Positions 1 to 12,731 of a stretch of DNA of 64,000 nucleotides are shown here, piece after piece. Made by a program: the position numbers and the translations under genes. The notes under the pieces are model-generated. The model made no database searches and was not told the origin of the DNA. It worked only from the letters and a program-made list of their open reading frames with translations. The DNA is from Octopus sinensis (lineage: Eukaryota). Position 1 is the first letter of the stretch. The number at the start of each line of letters is the position of its first letter. The DNA lies in assembly GCF_006345805.1 (NCBI RefSeq), contig NC_043002.1, forward strand, positions 108,314,001-108,378,000. The letters run 5' to 3'.

Positions 1-231
1 CTTTTGTTGTTTGTGGAAAGTTGTGAATTAACTCAGATGTAAAACAACAAACAAATAGAAGGAAAAAAAAAGAATGTGTTTATATTTATAACAACATATG
101 TTGGGTAGCAGGGTGGCAGGGTAGCATTAAGTCATAACTGAGTTCCATAGAATAAGGTTATCAAAAGTAGTTTCTTCACCCCATCAAGGTTCTTTCTGAA
201 CTTTTACACTGATCTATTATTAGTATTATCA

Positions 232-595
232 TGGTAGCAGGCTGGCAGAATCATTAGCATGACAGACAAAATGCTTAGCAGCATTTCATTTGTCTTTACA
301 TTCCGAGTTCAAATTCCACTACGGTCAATTATGCCTTTCATCTTTCCAGGGTCGATAAAATAAGTAGTAGTTGGGCACTGGGGTCAATGTAATTGACTCA
401 CCCACTCCCTCACCAAATTTCAAGCCTTGTGCCTTTAGTAGAAAGGATTATTATTATTATTACTTTGCCTTTCATCCTTATGGGGTCGATAAATTAAGTA
501 CCAGTTACGCACTGGGGTCGATATAATCAACTTAATCCATTTGTCTGTCCTTGTTTGTCCCCTCTATGTTTAGCCCCTTGTGGGTAGTAAAGAAA
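232..595 (+). mobile_element. SINE family B (GAGCTGGCAGAA head; GCCTTTCATCCTTTCGGGGTCGATAAA Meta-domain-like core), one full and one partial copy
   Basis: A-box-like TGGCAGAA and B-box GAGTTCAAATTCC; the same sequence recurs about 20 times in the window. Confidence 0.8.
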
Positions 596-631
596 GATTA
601 TAATTATTATTATTATTATTATTATTATTAT

Positions 632-714
632 TTTATTGTCTTTGCACAGCTTCTAACACTGGAGATGTACTACAGGGTTAGCTGTTCACTACCAGTGAAC
701 TAAGGTAACACCCC
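632..714 (-). mobile_element. Short 3'-terminal remnant of a (TAA)n-targeting Dong/R4-like retroelement
   Basis: ~83-bp insert interrupting a (TAT)n tract; minus strand has hairpin GTTCAC-TGGTA-GTGAAC and ends in (TAA)n. Confidence 0.45.
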
Positions 715-716
715 TA

Positions 717-747
<31 letters not shown>

Positions 748-2287
748 TATTATTTGCCATGGTCAGCTTTGCTTTTCATCCTTTCAGGGTTAATAAATTA
801 AGTACCAGTTAAATACTGGGGTCAATGTAATCGATTCATCCCCTCCCCCAAAATGGCTGCTCTTGTGGCAAAATTTGAAACCATTATTATAATTATTATC
901 ATTAGATGTTGAAACCAAGAGAACGATGTAACTAAGCTCCTATTTAAAAAGGAATTTTCAACAGGATTATTGAATAAAAAGAATTTTATTTGTTTGTTTT
1001 TTTCCCCCATTAACTAAAGGTTTTCAAATAAACAGCCTCCCTAATTCCCAGGGGTGTAAAACAAGGTTTGTCTTTAGACATTTTATTGTGAACAGATATT
1101 ATTGCAAACATTCACTTCCCTGTTTATTATTAGGGGTTCAATTATAGCTACCTCTGTTGTAGAGGAGGAAAGTACTAAGCACAATTCTTTGTAACAATGA
1201 CTGCTCCCACCACAAATTTTTGCAGAGAAACAGTTAAAAAAAAAAAAGGAAGTCTAATAATTCTGCTGTTTCAAATAATAACAAAAACAGTATTTGGTTC
1301 CTACAGAAAAATAAACAAAGAACAATAGACATCTCACACCAATATGCTCGATATAATGTTGGTCAATAATTTACCAGTCCAGGGTCGGTCGATAAAAATA
1401 TATTTTGGACTTTTTGGAATGTGGGTCAACAGTTATTGTTTATTTTTGCTGTTGTTGTTTTCGGCCAGCCATGACAAATAACCAAAGGCATTCCAACCAT
1501 ACCCAACTTGTTTATTCATCCAGTTTATCTCAGGCTATGTTTACATTATATGTTGTTACCATGTATGTAGGCATCGAGCTGGCAGAACTGTTAGCATGCT
1601 GGGCAAATATGCTAAGCTGTATTTCATCCGTCTTTTCGTTCTAAGTTCAAATTCTGCTGAGGTCAACTTTGCTTTTCATCCTTTTGGGGTCGATGTAATC
1701 AACTACTCCTGGGTAAGAACAAGAATCTCACCAGGCCATCTCAAGCCAGTATGATAGAATAGGGTCATCAAACCAGTCTGATCTCAGGCTCAAATTTATG
1801 GCCTTCACATCAGACCATGTTTGGTGGAGAGAGGATGCTGAGGCCTTCATCCAGCAGTGAACTGAACATTGGCTATCCAATCCAACATGTATTTAATGGG
1901 TTTTAGAATAGGGACACTGTGTCGTTGCATAGTGTAAGAGGCAGCAAAATTGGGTAGCAACACAAAGGGCATTTGGCTGTGAAAATACTGCCTCACAAAA
2001 ACACCATGTAACTTGTACCAGTTTGAAAAAGTGGACATTCAACATTGGACGATGATGACGATGATGATGATAATATTATATAATTGTCTACCCTTTTTTT
2101 TTTGAAGAAGAAGAAGAATGGTTGTGATTTCTGAGTGATTTGGGTGTTGTTTGTAGCAGGTTGAATGACAATATAGAGATCTCATTTCATTGGCTTTTCA
2201 TGTTGAATCAAAACCTATTTTTGCAAAATACATTTTAGAAATTACAGTTTTAGTATAATAAATTTCTTGTACAGAAAATCTACTCAC

Positions 2288-2656
2288 AGGGAATGAAAGC
2301 AAGCAAATAACAAAAAGCCAATTCTACGAATATTCCTCATTTGATTATAAAGATAGATGAGTCAGGTAGTATATTATGTAAAGATGGTTAAAATTTTATA
2401 AGTCCACAAAAGTTGAATACATAACCTGTTTATTTACCAAAATAGAATTCTCTTCAATGCTCCAACTGTGTTGCTACATGAGTTGTTTCAAAACAAACAA
2501 ATAAAGCAGGGTAAGGTCCCAGCCCTCGTCTATCAGCAACAGTCTTAAAATAGACAGATTGAATTTTTATCAGTGCTATCAAGACTAATTATAGCTGTGT
2601 ATGGTAATTTATGATTGGAAATAAGTTGATAGACTGAACTCTTTATTACTTAACGT
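2288..2656 (-). other. Candidate exon of a minus-strand host transcript
   Basis: Acceptor TTCTTTCTTTATCAG| at 2657 and donor CCT|GTGAGT at 2288 in TE-free sequence; ATG at 2340 gives MRNIRRIGFLLFACFHS (signal-peptide-like). No homology recognised. Confidence 0.25.
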
Positions 2657-3342
2657 CTGATAAAGAAAGAATTGTGAGAAAATATTTGTGGTTTGTTTAC
2701 CTAATTGAAAATATTTGAGTCTGATTAAGAGAGAGATAGCTTTTGGGGAAACGGGAGGTATTTGACTGAAGAAAACCTGACATTGGATCCGAACAAAACA
2801 ATCCCAGAAATCCTTGCTATTTTGAAGTAAAAAATCATAAAATGCTCCACCCACTGTTGTTTAGAACTGCGTCTGGAAATATTAGAGGGTATTTTTAAGA
2901 AATGAGAGCATAGTTTGTTTTTGGTTTATAAAGAAAAACGAAGCTTGTGGAGCAGGAAGGAAACTTAGACTGGGTTTTATCAGAAATCTATCAACAAGAC
3001 ATGATTCACTTCTTGAACAATTAGAAGAAAATTAATGATGATGATGATGATGACTATGCCAGTGATGACAGTGATGATGATAAGAACAATAAAGAATTAA
3101 TTCTCAATAAAAACGAATTATTCAGTTTTGATAAAAGACACTCAAAAATATTTCTCAACTTTCTTGTTTAGAATTCCTCAGTGTAAAAGAAAGTAGCAAC
3201 AGGAGTTTAGTTTTCGAAACCTGTTTCATAATTGGATAATTGTCGCTGTTTCTTCAACCTTTTACATTCATCATTGCTAAAACCATTTCATTGTAATTCA
3301 GTGAATACAGAGCTAAGGTGTGAAACATGGAAGATTATAATC

Positions 3343-3552
3343 GTTTCTACTCTAGGCACAAGGCCCGAAATTTTTGGGAGAGGATTAAGTCAATTAGATC
3401 AACCCCAGTATGCAACTGGTACTTAATTTATCAGAATTGAAATGATGAAAGGCAAAGTCGACCTCGGTGGAATTTGAACTCAGAACGTAACGGTAGATGA
3501 AATACGGATAAGCATTTCGCCCGGCGTGCTAACGTTTCTGCCAACTAGCTGC
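3343..3552 (-). mobile_element. SINE family B
   Basis: Reverse complement of the family B consensus. Confidence 0.8.
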
Positions 3553-3744
3553 CTTATATGTGGAAGATTATAATATAAGATGAATGTGAGTGAAGTATTA
3601 AATAGAGGAGACTGCAGTAGATCTTGAGGGAGGGAGAAAGAGAGAGAAAGAGAAAGCATGTCATTCATGTGGTGGTGAATGATGAGGAAAGGACTTCCAA
3701 CAAACCTAATTGATGGATTAATTGACTGAACAATTAATCAAACA

Positions 3745-4340
3745 ATCATCATCATCATGATCATCATCGTTTAACATCCGCTTTCCATGCTAGCATGGGT
3801 TGGACGATTTGAGTGAGGACTGGCAAGCCGGGAGGCTGCACCAGGCTCCAATCTGATCTGGCAGAGTTTCTACTCTGGATGTCCTTCCTAAAGCCCACCA
3901 CTTCAAGAGTGTAGTGGGTGCTTTTACGTTCCACCAGAACGAGGGCCAGTCAGGCAGTACTGGCAACGACCATGCTCAAATAGTGTTTTTTATGTGCCAG
4001 CTGCACAGGAGCCTGTCCAGCGGCACTGGCAATGACCTCACTCGAATGTTTTTTCACATGCCTCAAATGTTTTTTCACAAGTGCCAGTAAGGTGACGCTG
4101 GTAACGATCACGCTCAAATGGTGCTTTTTACGTGGCACCAGCATGGAAGCCAGTTAGCCGCTCTGGCAACGATCACACTCGTATGGTGTTCTTAGCGCTC
4201 CACTAGTACGGATGCCAGTCATCAAATTTGATTCTGATTTCACTTGCCTCAATAGGTCTTTGCAAGCAGAGTTTAGTGTCCAATGAAGGAAAGGTACACA
4301 TAAGTGGGCTGGTTACATCCCTGCCATAGGCCACGAGGTT
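3745..4340 (-). mobile_element. RTE-type LINE 3' UTR/tail with internal ~45-bp minisatellite and (GAT)n tail (family C)
   Basis: TCCAACCCATGCTAGCATGGAAAGCGGATGTTAAACGATGATG end; repeated GGCACGTAAAAAGCACC units; more than 10 related copies in the window. Confidence 0.7.
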
Positions 4341-5031
4341 ATGGTCTCATTTGGTTTGGTCAATTAGTTAAATAGTTAATCAATTGACAAGGAAGTGAAA
4401 TAGAACCAGTGTGTGTGTGCATGTGTTTGTTACTGGCTTAATGACCCTCCTGAGATACAACAAAATCAAGAATTTTGTTATGTTCAGAAACCAATCATCT
4501 GCCCGATACCTGTGGGATGTCACGTAAAAGTAAATTGGTTCTGCAGACATGGCATTGGATTATCAGATTAATAAGTCTTGAGTTGAAATAATCCACTGCA
4601 GTCATTCATTCATAAGAATTATGCTTCCCAATCACAGAGTCTCAGGTTCAGTCCCACTGCATAGCACCTTCTACTATAGCCCTTGGGGCAACCAAACACT
4701 TGAGAGTGAATTTGGTAGAAGGAAACAGAAAGAAACCATCGTTTACATCATCATCATTCAACATCTGTTTTCCCATGTTAACATACGTGTGTGTGGGAGG
4801 TGGGATATGATTGTGTCTCCTTGTCTTGATATCACAATATTGTTGTAAACGAGTCTCACTGTCATACAAGCAGTGTCATTCATTTCTAATATTCTGTGAA
4901 AATGTCTGGCTATGGAGAAATATTGCATTATTTGGAAACAGGTAAGGGTTGGCAACAGGAAGAGCATCCAACTGTAGAAAGTCTGCCTCAGTAAACTATC
5001 CATTCATGCCAGTAGAGAAATGTGGATATTA

Positions 5032-5243
5032 TTTTCTACTCTAGGCACAAGGCCCGAAATTTTTGGAGAGTGGGGCAGTCAATTAGATCAACCTCAGTAC
5101 GCAACTGGTACCTAATTTATTGACCCCGAAAGGGCGAAGGGCAAAGTCAACCTTGGTGGAATTTGAACCTAGAACATAAAGACAGATGAAATACTGCTAA
5201 GCATTTTGCCCAGTGTGCTAACGTTTCTGCCAGCTCGCCACCT
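5032..5243 (-). mobile_element. SINE family B
   Basis: Reverse complement of the family B consensus. Confidence 0.8.
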
Positions 5244-6478
5244 TAGAGAAAAGTGGATATTAAAACAATAATGGTGATTTACTAATTAACCTGTTCGTTA
5301 ACCTGCTCTTTCTACCTTTCTCTCTGTATATATGCATATATGTATCAACAATCTGTGACTGTAAGCATTGTAGCTCATTAGGACCAGGTCAGCCCTAATC
5401 AAGCAGACTTATGATCAAGGACATTCTAGCTGTGACCACCACACCTTTATATATATATATATATATATATCCACAAATGCATTCATTGTCCAATGTATCC
5501 TTCCTATTTTTAAAATGAAGTGTGAATTGCAAGAAATTTGCCTGCTGTTTTTAGCAGGTTGAGTAACAACATACAAACCCCTTTGTGAGAAAGATAGAGA
5601 GGAGGAGGAGGAGAAAGAGAAAGAATGAGGGAGAGAGAAAGAGTGTGTGCATGTGTGTATGTATAGGTGCGTGTATGTATAGGTGTGTGTATGTGTGTGT
5701 ACAGGAGTGTGTCTATGTCTGCAAGTGTGTGTGTGTGTGTCTGTGCATGTGTGTGCATGCATGTATGTGTGTATGCGAGGTGGGGGTTGGGTTATGGTAG
5801 TTTCTTCATTCTCTTTGTATTCTTTGTTTTACTTTTTCTTTCATCTCTTTTCTTCCTTTATCTTCTTCTACACCATAGTCATTCCCTTCTCATTCATTCA
5901 CTCATTCTCGTCCTCATTATTCCCAAATTTATTTAGGTCTTCCCTCCTCCTCCTCCTTCTCCTCCATTTTTTATTTCATTTTTGACGTTTTTAGGTCAAG
6001 TAGTTCCTATTTTCATATTTCTTTTTATTTCATAAAATCTTATATTTAATGCTTCACATATTCCACACAACACCACCAACAGGGAGCCGATTAGGGCAAG
6101 GATGGGTGCAGGGGTCAGTGCTGGAAATAGCAGCCAAATCTCCCTTAATTCACACCCAGTTGGTTTTTGTAAAAGGATACATTGGATGTGCCCTTTAATA
6201 CAGTCTTGGATTCCATGCACAGAGAACAGACAAGGTGGTCGCAACTGGAATGTCTGATGATAGGTGTGCTCAAATCAGATTGAGCTGGGATTAAACAACA
6301 CTCCCATACACACCCACACAAAGAGAGTCTCTGCACCCGTGTCTCTCATCCTTTTTACCCTTGTGTAAGCCTTAAAATAAATTACATGTTTCAAGGAACC
6401 CCTGCACAAAAAAAATTACATACCATATATCTTTCTCATATCTTTTTTTATCATAACTTACCACAAAGCCTATATATA

Positions 6479-7761
6479 CAGGGTGGGGAAGCAAAATTTA
6501 CAATGAACGTTAAGTTGTTTTTTCTCAGGAGGCACGAAGTCAATTGTTTTGAAACCTAGCATATATTGATGTCACACTCATACCTAACACTATTATCCTT
6601 GCCTTTTCAGAAACTTTTGACTATGTGAGTAATCAGGAAAGCAAACGTCAAAGAGTGTGTGATTTTCTGAATGCACTTGTCACACCAAAGGAGATTTCAA
6701 AAATAGTTGGAGTGTCCATTAAGACTATTTATAATGGAAAGAATAGAATGACTATGAGCAAAACTATGAGGAAGTCTGGAAGTTGAGGAATCAACAAAAA
6801 ACGTACCAAAGCTTTTATTAAAGCTCTCAAATCCAAAATCCTAAAGGATCCAACCAAATCCATGAGAAAAATGGGAATTGAACTTGAGGTAGACAACAAG
6901 ACCATTAGAAATGCTGTAAAATATGATTTGAGGTTAAAATCTTGCACAAGAACACCAAAACACTTGTTGACAACAGCTATGAAGGAAAAGAGATTGGAAA
7001 GGTGCAAGAAAATTATTACATGGTTCAAGAAAAAGTCCTCCATTGTAACGATCTTTCCAAATGAAAAGATCTTCACTGTCGATACTTTTCTGAACTGCAG
7101 AAATGACAGATTTATCGCAAAATCGACAGTTGAGGTTAAGGGGACATTCAAAACAAAACATCCTGCTCAAGTTATGGCTTTTGGTGTTGCAGCTTCCGAT
7201 GGAAAGAAAATGCCTATAAAATTCTACAAAGCTTATGGAAAGATCAATGTTAATACTTACTACAAGACTCTGAGATACCAGGTATTGCCAAGCCTTAAAG
7301 CAAACTACCCAAATGGTAATTATGTATGGACACAGGATGGTGCTCCAGCCCACACAGCTAGAAAAATTTTCTAGCAAATTCCAACTTCAGCAATTTTTTG
7401 GAATCATGTTTATGGCCGCCTTCTAGCTCAGATCTAAACCCTCTGGATTATGCTATTTGGGGCGTTTTAGAACATGCTACCAATAGAACATCACACAGCA
7501 ATGTCTACTCTCTTAAAGATACTATTAAAGAAGAATGGGAGAAGTTGTCTCCCGAATATTTAAGGAACACCTGTGCAAGTTTCAGGAAGCATGTGAAGGC
7601 GGTTATTGAGAAAGAAGGAGGACACATAGAATAAAAATATTTTCTATTATGTAAATTTTCTTGTGGCAAATTAATTCTCATGACTTTCACTAAACAAATT
7701 GGTCATACACTGTCTTTCAATCCCTGCCTCAAAATATTGTAAATTTTGCTTCCCCACCCTG
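6479..7761 (+). mobile_element. Tc1/mariner DNA transposon, DD37D (maT-like), full length ~1283 bp
   Basis: Perfect 26-bp TIRs CAGGGTGGGGAAGCAAAATTTACAAT; TA on both flanks; transposase remnants inside. Confidence 0.95.
6625..7634 (+). pseudogene. Disabled DD37D transposase
   Basis: HTH-like N-terminus (KEISKIVGVSIKTIY), IFPNEKIFTVD (first D decayed), WTQDGAPAHTA, WPPSSSDLNPLDY; in-frame stop near 6785 and stop/frameshift near 7372; reconstructed D-D spacing of 37. Confidence 0.88.
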
Positions 7762-7774
7762 TATATATATATAT

Positions 7775-7944
7775 AGGTGCAGGAGTGGCTGTGTGGTAAG
7801 TAGCTTGCTTACGAACCACATGGTTCTGGGTTCAGTCACACTGCATGGTACCTTGGGCAAGTGTCTTCTACTATAGTCTCGGGTCGACCAAAGCCTTGTG
7901 AGTAGATTTGGTAGACGGAAACTGAAAGAAGCCCGTCATATATA

Positions 7945-7990
<46 letters not shown>

Positions 7991-8255
7991 GTATGTGTGT
8001 GTATATATATATATATATATATAATGTATGTGTGTGTATATATATATATATATCATCATCAACGTTAAACGATGATGATGATATATATATACATATATAT
8101 ATATATATGTATGTATGTGTGTGTATATGTTTGTGTGTCTGTGTATATCCCCCAACATTGCTTGACAACCGAAGCTGGTGTGTTTACGTCCCTGTAACTT
8201 AGCAGTTTGATAGAATAGCATGGCTGCAGTCAAATGACTGAAACAAGTAAAAAAG
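7775..8255 (+). mobile_element. SINE family A (GGAGTGGCTGTGTGG head, CORE-like ACCTTGGGCAAGTG, internal TA/TG microsatellite, (GTAAAAGA)n tail)
   Basis: A box TGGCTGTGTGG and B box GGTTCAGTCC; about 15 copies in the window; this copy has an internal deletion. Confidence 0.8.
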
Positions 8256-8607
8256 TACATAATTATATATATATATGTAATTATATATCATGAAATTAGT
8301 GTTAGCTTAGCTCACTCTTTCTCGTGGAACCCCTAGGTACCTTTTGTAAAACCCTAGGGTTCTGGGGAACCCCGGCTGAGAAATGCTGTTCTACATGGTG
8401 ATTTGACCTACTAGAAATAGCAACCAAATCTCTCAAATTATACTCAACTGAATTTATAAAAGGAGCGACTGGGTAAAGTAGTCCTAGATATATTATGATT
8501 AAAAATAAAAGAGTGCTTATAGCTGGACCACATGCCTGCTTGGTCAAGGCTGACCTGGAGCTAAACACCAACAACCACAGAACTGTGTTTTATAAAGCAT
8601 CTCTATA

Positions 8608-8903
8608 TCTTTATATATAAAAGAGAAGTTGTGTGTCTGTCTCCTACGATTTAGATTTCTAACTACTCCCACATTTTGCGGTGCAGTTTAACCAAAACCG
8701 GGTATCTTATAGTCGTGATTCATATCGAGCCCTTCTGGGTATTAGTGCGTGTCTACAATGAGTCTACGATTTAAAAAAAAATTTACCATCATTTTTTTCC
8801 ATTTTTGATGCATTTTTTTGCTATTTTTTGGCTATAACTCTCTAAAAATGCTTATATAGTTATTTCCATTACAAACCCGAGCAACGCCAGGCGATACTGC
8901 TAG
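8608..8903 (+). mobile_element. Non-autonomous Helitron
   Basis: A|TC 5' end, CTAG|T 3' end, subterminal GC-rich hairpin CCCGAGCAACGCCAGG, no TSD; second copy at 12732. Confidence 0.85.
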
Positions 8904-9265
8904 TGCTATATACACAGACATATAGAACAGACATACTATATAGTCCATGATTATGTCCTATAGTACTATGATTGTTGTTTGGCACATTTCAGCCTTGACC
9001 AAACAGACCTATGACGAAAAGGTGACTGGCATGAACAGATTAGATTTTGAGATCAATCTGGTACCGAACAAAGATTCTGAATTATTTTTCCTGTTTTTTT
9101 TACTTAATTTTTGAGAGCGGTCAAGTTCCTTTTTAGTATTCTCGTTTATGAGAGCAGTCGAGTTTATTTCAGATATTCTCATTTTAAAAATCATCTCTGG
9201 CTAATCATTGAGATGACGTTGGTGTTGCCTTGCAGAGATTTGCGCTCTCTGAGTGCTCTTGTCAC

Positions 9266-9295
<30 letters not shown>

Positions 9296-9296
<1 letters not shown>

Positions 9297-9767
9297 GAGT
9301 GAGAGAGCAGTGCATGCCATCAAAGTGACACTGGGGTAAAATATACGAAGCCCAGTATACCTATCATGACTACCCGTCTGATAACAGCACATAACCTTGC
9401 AGGTGGGGCCCAGTTAGAATTTTCTTCAGGTCGAGTAGCCCATCCCACTCGAAATGTCCCTGAATAAGAGTTGTTTAAGGATGTTGAACGAAACACCCAT
9501 GTTTCCAGAGGTGAATTATTCAAACCCCAAAGAATCCCTCTCAACACATGGCTATGATGCTCCCCCCACTACTTCTGCTCGTGATCAGAGATGCACATAT
9601 CGTCAGCCACTAAGGGACATGCTCAACTGGTTAAAGTCAAACAACTGATAAGCAAATCTGTGGTATTGAGCAGAATATTTGCTGTAGCCCATCTTTTATA
9701 CCAAGACAAAACAATGTACATGATAACACTTCCAATCAGTTAAGATCAGAAGCCATGAGAGCCACTG
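9296..9767 (-). mobile_element. (TAA)n-targeted non-coding retroelement (family T), truncated, ~65-bp internal deletion
   Basis: Flanked by (TAT)n; homologous to 16705-17260. Confidence 0.75.
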
Positions 9768-9817
9768 TATTATTATTATTATTATTATTATTATTTTATT
9801 ATTATTATTATTATTAT

Positions 9818-10289
9818 TGAGTGAGAGAGCAGTGCATGCCATCAAAGTGACACTGGGGTAAAATATACGAAGCCCAGTATACCTATCATGACTACCCGTC
9901 TGATAACAGCACATAACCTTGCAGGTGGGGCCCAGTTAGAATTTTCTTCAGGTCGAGTAGCCCATCCCACTCGAAATGTCCCTGAATAAGAGTTGTTTAA
10001 GGATGTTGAACGAAACACCCATGTTTCCAGAGGTGAATTATTCAAACCCCAAAGAATCCCTCTCAACACATGGCTATGATGCTCCCCCCACTACTTCTGC
10101 TCGTGATCAGAGATGCACATATCGTCAGCCACTAAGGGACATGCTCAACTGGTTAAAGTCAAACAACTGATAAGCAAATCTGTGGTATTGAGCAGAATAT
10201 TTGCTGTAGCCCATCTTTTATACCAAGACAAAACAATGTACATGATAACACTTCCAATCAGTTAAGATCAGAAGCCATGAGAGCCACTG
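9818..10289 (-). mobile_element. Family T, tandem duplicate of 9296-9767 (period 522 bp)
   Basis: Essentially identical sequence, same deletion and same truncation point. Confidence 0.8.
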
Positions 10290-10325
10290 TATTATTATTA
10301 TTATTATTATTTTTAGTAGTAGTAG

Positions 10326-10800
10326 CAGCAGCAGCAGCATTAGTAAGGTGGTGAGCTGGGAGAAATATAAGTGCTTCAAACAAAATGCTTTGCAGCATTT
10401 CTTCAGGATCTTTGTCCCGAGTTCAAATTCCGCTGAGGTCGACTTTGCCTTTCATCTTTCCAGGTTTGATAAAATAAGTACCAGTTGAACACTGGGGTCA
10501 ATGTAATTGACTTAGCCCCACACCTCTCGAAATTGCTGGCCTTGTACTAAAATTTGAAACCATTATTGTTATTATTATTATTATCATTATTAGGTAGCGA
10601 GCTAGCAGAATTGTTACCACACCAGGCAAAATGCTTAATTGTATTTCATCCATCTTTATGTTCTGCGTTCAAAATCTGCCAAGGTCAACTTTGCCTTTCA
10701 GCCTTTCAAGGTCAATAAAATTAGTACTGGTTAAGCTCAGCTGGTACTAATGACTTCATACCTCCCCCGAACTTGCTGGCCTTGTGCCAAAATTTGAAAC
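10326..10800 (+). mobile_element. Two tandem SINE family B copies
   Basis: GAGCTGG head, GCCTTTCATC core and GGCCTTGTGCCAAAATTTGAAAC tail, twice. Confidence 0.75.
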
Positions 10801-10807
10801 CATAATA

Positions 10808-11223
10808 GGCGTAGGAGTGGCTGTGTGGTAAGTAGCTTGCTTACCAACCACATGGTTCTGGGTTCAGTCCCACTGTGTGGCACCTTGGGCAAGTGTCTTC
10901 TGCTATAGCGTCGGGCTGACCAATGCCTTGTGAGTGGATTTGGTAGACGGAAACTGAAAGAAGCCCGTCATATATATGTATATATATGTATATGTATGTG
11001 TGTATATGTTTGTGAGAGTCTGTTTCCCCAACATCGCTTGACAACCGATGCTGGTGTGTTTATGTCCCTGTAACTTAGCGGTTCGGCAAAAGAGACCGAT
11101 AGAATAAGTACTAGGCTAACAAAGAATAAGTTCTGGGGTCGACTTGCTCGACTAAAGGTGGTGCTCCAGCATGGCCGCAGTCAAATGACTGAAACAAGTA
11201 AAAGAGTAAAAAGAGTAAAGAGT
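10808..11223 (+). mobile_element. SINE family A, full length
   Basis: Complete head, internal microsatellite and (GTAAAAGA)n tail. Confidence 0.85.
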
Positions 11224-11241
11224 AATTTTTACTATTATTAT

Positions 11242-11689
11242 TGAGTGAGAGAGCAGAGTATGAAATCAAAGTGACACTGGGGTAAAATATACGAAGCCCA
11301 ATATACCCATCATAACTACCCATCTGATAAGGGTACACCAGGCACATGCATCACAACCATATGTGTGCGACATGGTGATCTCATATCAAGATAAACAGCA
11401 CATGACCTTGCAGGTGGGGCCCAGTTAGAATTTTCTTCAGGTTGAGTAGCCCATCCTGTTCAAAAGGTCCCTGAATAAGGGTTGTTTAAGGATGTTGAAA
11501 GAACCACCCATGTTTCCAAAGGTGAATTATTCAAACCCCAAAGAATCCGTCTCAACACATGGCTATGATGCTCCCCCACTACTTCTGCTTGTGATCAGAG
11601 GTGCACATATCGTCAGCCACTAAGGGACATGCTCAACTGGTTAAGGTCAAACAACTGACAAGCAAATCTGTGGTATTGAGCAGAATATT
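11242..11689 (-). mobile_element. Family T, 5'-truncated
   Basis: Begins TGAGTGAGAGAGCAG after (TAT)n and ends in (TAT)n. Confidence 0.75.
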
Positions 11690-12387
11690 ATTATTATTAT
11701 TATTATTATTATTTTATTGCAGCGTAGAAGGTGTTTATAAGCCATTTAAAAAAACTCACAAAAAACCGTTAGATTCACTTCAACATTTAAATTTAATTTG
11801 TGTCAAAATATTTTTGTCACTTTGAAACCACAACCTGTTCACTGACAAAATTTCGTCCTGCATCTATTATTTCATTATTATTATTTCATCATTCCATCAT
11901 ATGTAAGTCCCCACACTTTATGTCTGTCTCTGTATTGCCCCCCCCCCCTGCATCTCTCGCCCTGGTGGCAAACCATCCAAGCTCAATGCATAAGAGCTCC
12001 ACAGCTCTAAGAGCATAGCTTCTAGAGTCAGTGGGGCAGAGACAGCTATCTCTCTACCATCAGCTTTAGATTAACCTAGCTCTGCTTTAATTACTACTAA
12101 CTACTTATCATGATTGTTCTCCAATTTCTAATTACCTACTTTCATTAATTTACATGACCTCAGTTTTTTTTTTCTTTCTTTCTTTTCCTGCTGAAATATC
12201 AAAAAGAAACGTAAAAAATCCTATAAAACCAGTCGTACATTTTTATTTTATAGTTTATCCACAAAGAAGCCATGTCTTATTTTAACCCACTTAAAACTAG
12301 TTTATTGTACTAATAAAGCTTAATTTGCATTGTTGCTGTTTAACCCCAGGTCAGCTTTGATCAAGCAGAACAGTGGTCAAAGAGATT

Positions 12388-12614
12388 CTGAGCTGGCAGA
12401 AACGTTTGCACGCCAGGCGAAATACTTAGTGGTATTTCATCTGCCGCTACTTTCTGAGTTCAAATTCCGCCGAGGTTGACTTTGCCTTTCATCCTTTTGG
12501 GATCGATAAATTAAGTACCAGTTATGCACTGGGGTCGATATAATCGACTTAATCCCTTTGTCTGTCCTTGTTTGTCCCCTCTGTGTTTAGCTCCTTGTGG
12601 GCAATAAAGAAATA
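12388..12614 (+). mobile_element. SINE family B
   Basis: Consensus match; CCTTGTGGGCAATAAAGAAATA tail. Confidence 0.8.
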
Positions 12615-12731
12615 AGATTCTACCTCTAGCCATCCCATCTTAAGACTAGATTATTCAATATCTAATACATCTGCTATTTCTAGCAGGTCAAATTATCAGG
12701 GAGAACTTTATTCATTGACACGTGGTGGTTA

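Noticed and set aside
1152-1300. Coding exon downstream of the 2288 donor (good acceptor at 1301)
   Set aside because: The spliced frame hits a stop after about 21 codons in a poly-T run; not supportable as CDS.
3900-4220. CRISPR-like repeat-spacer array (also 43015-43160, 48960-49205)
   Set aside because: The units are degenerate tandem minisatellites with related spacers inside an RTE 3' UTR; eukaryotic context, no cas genes.
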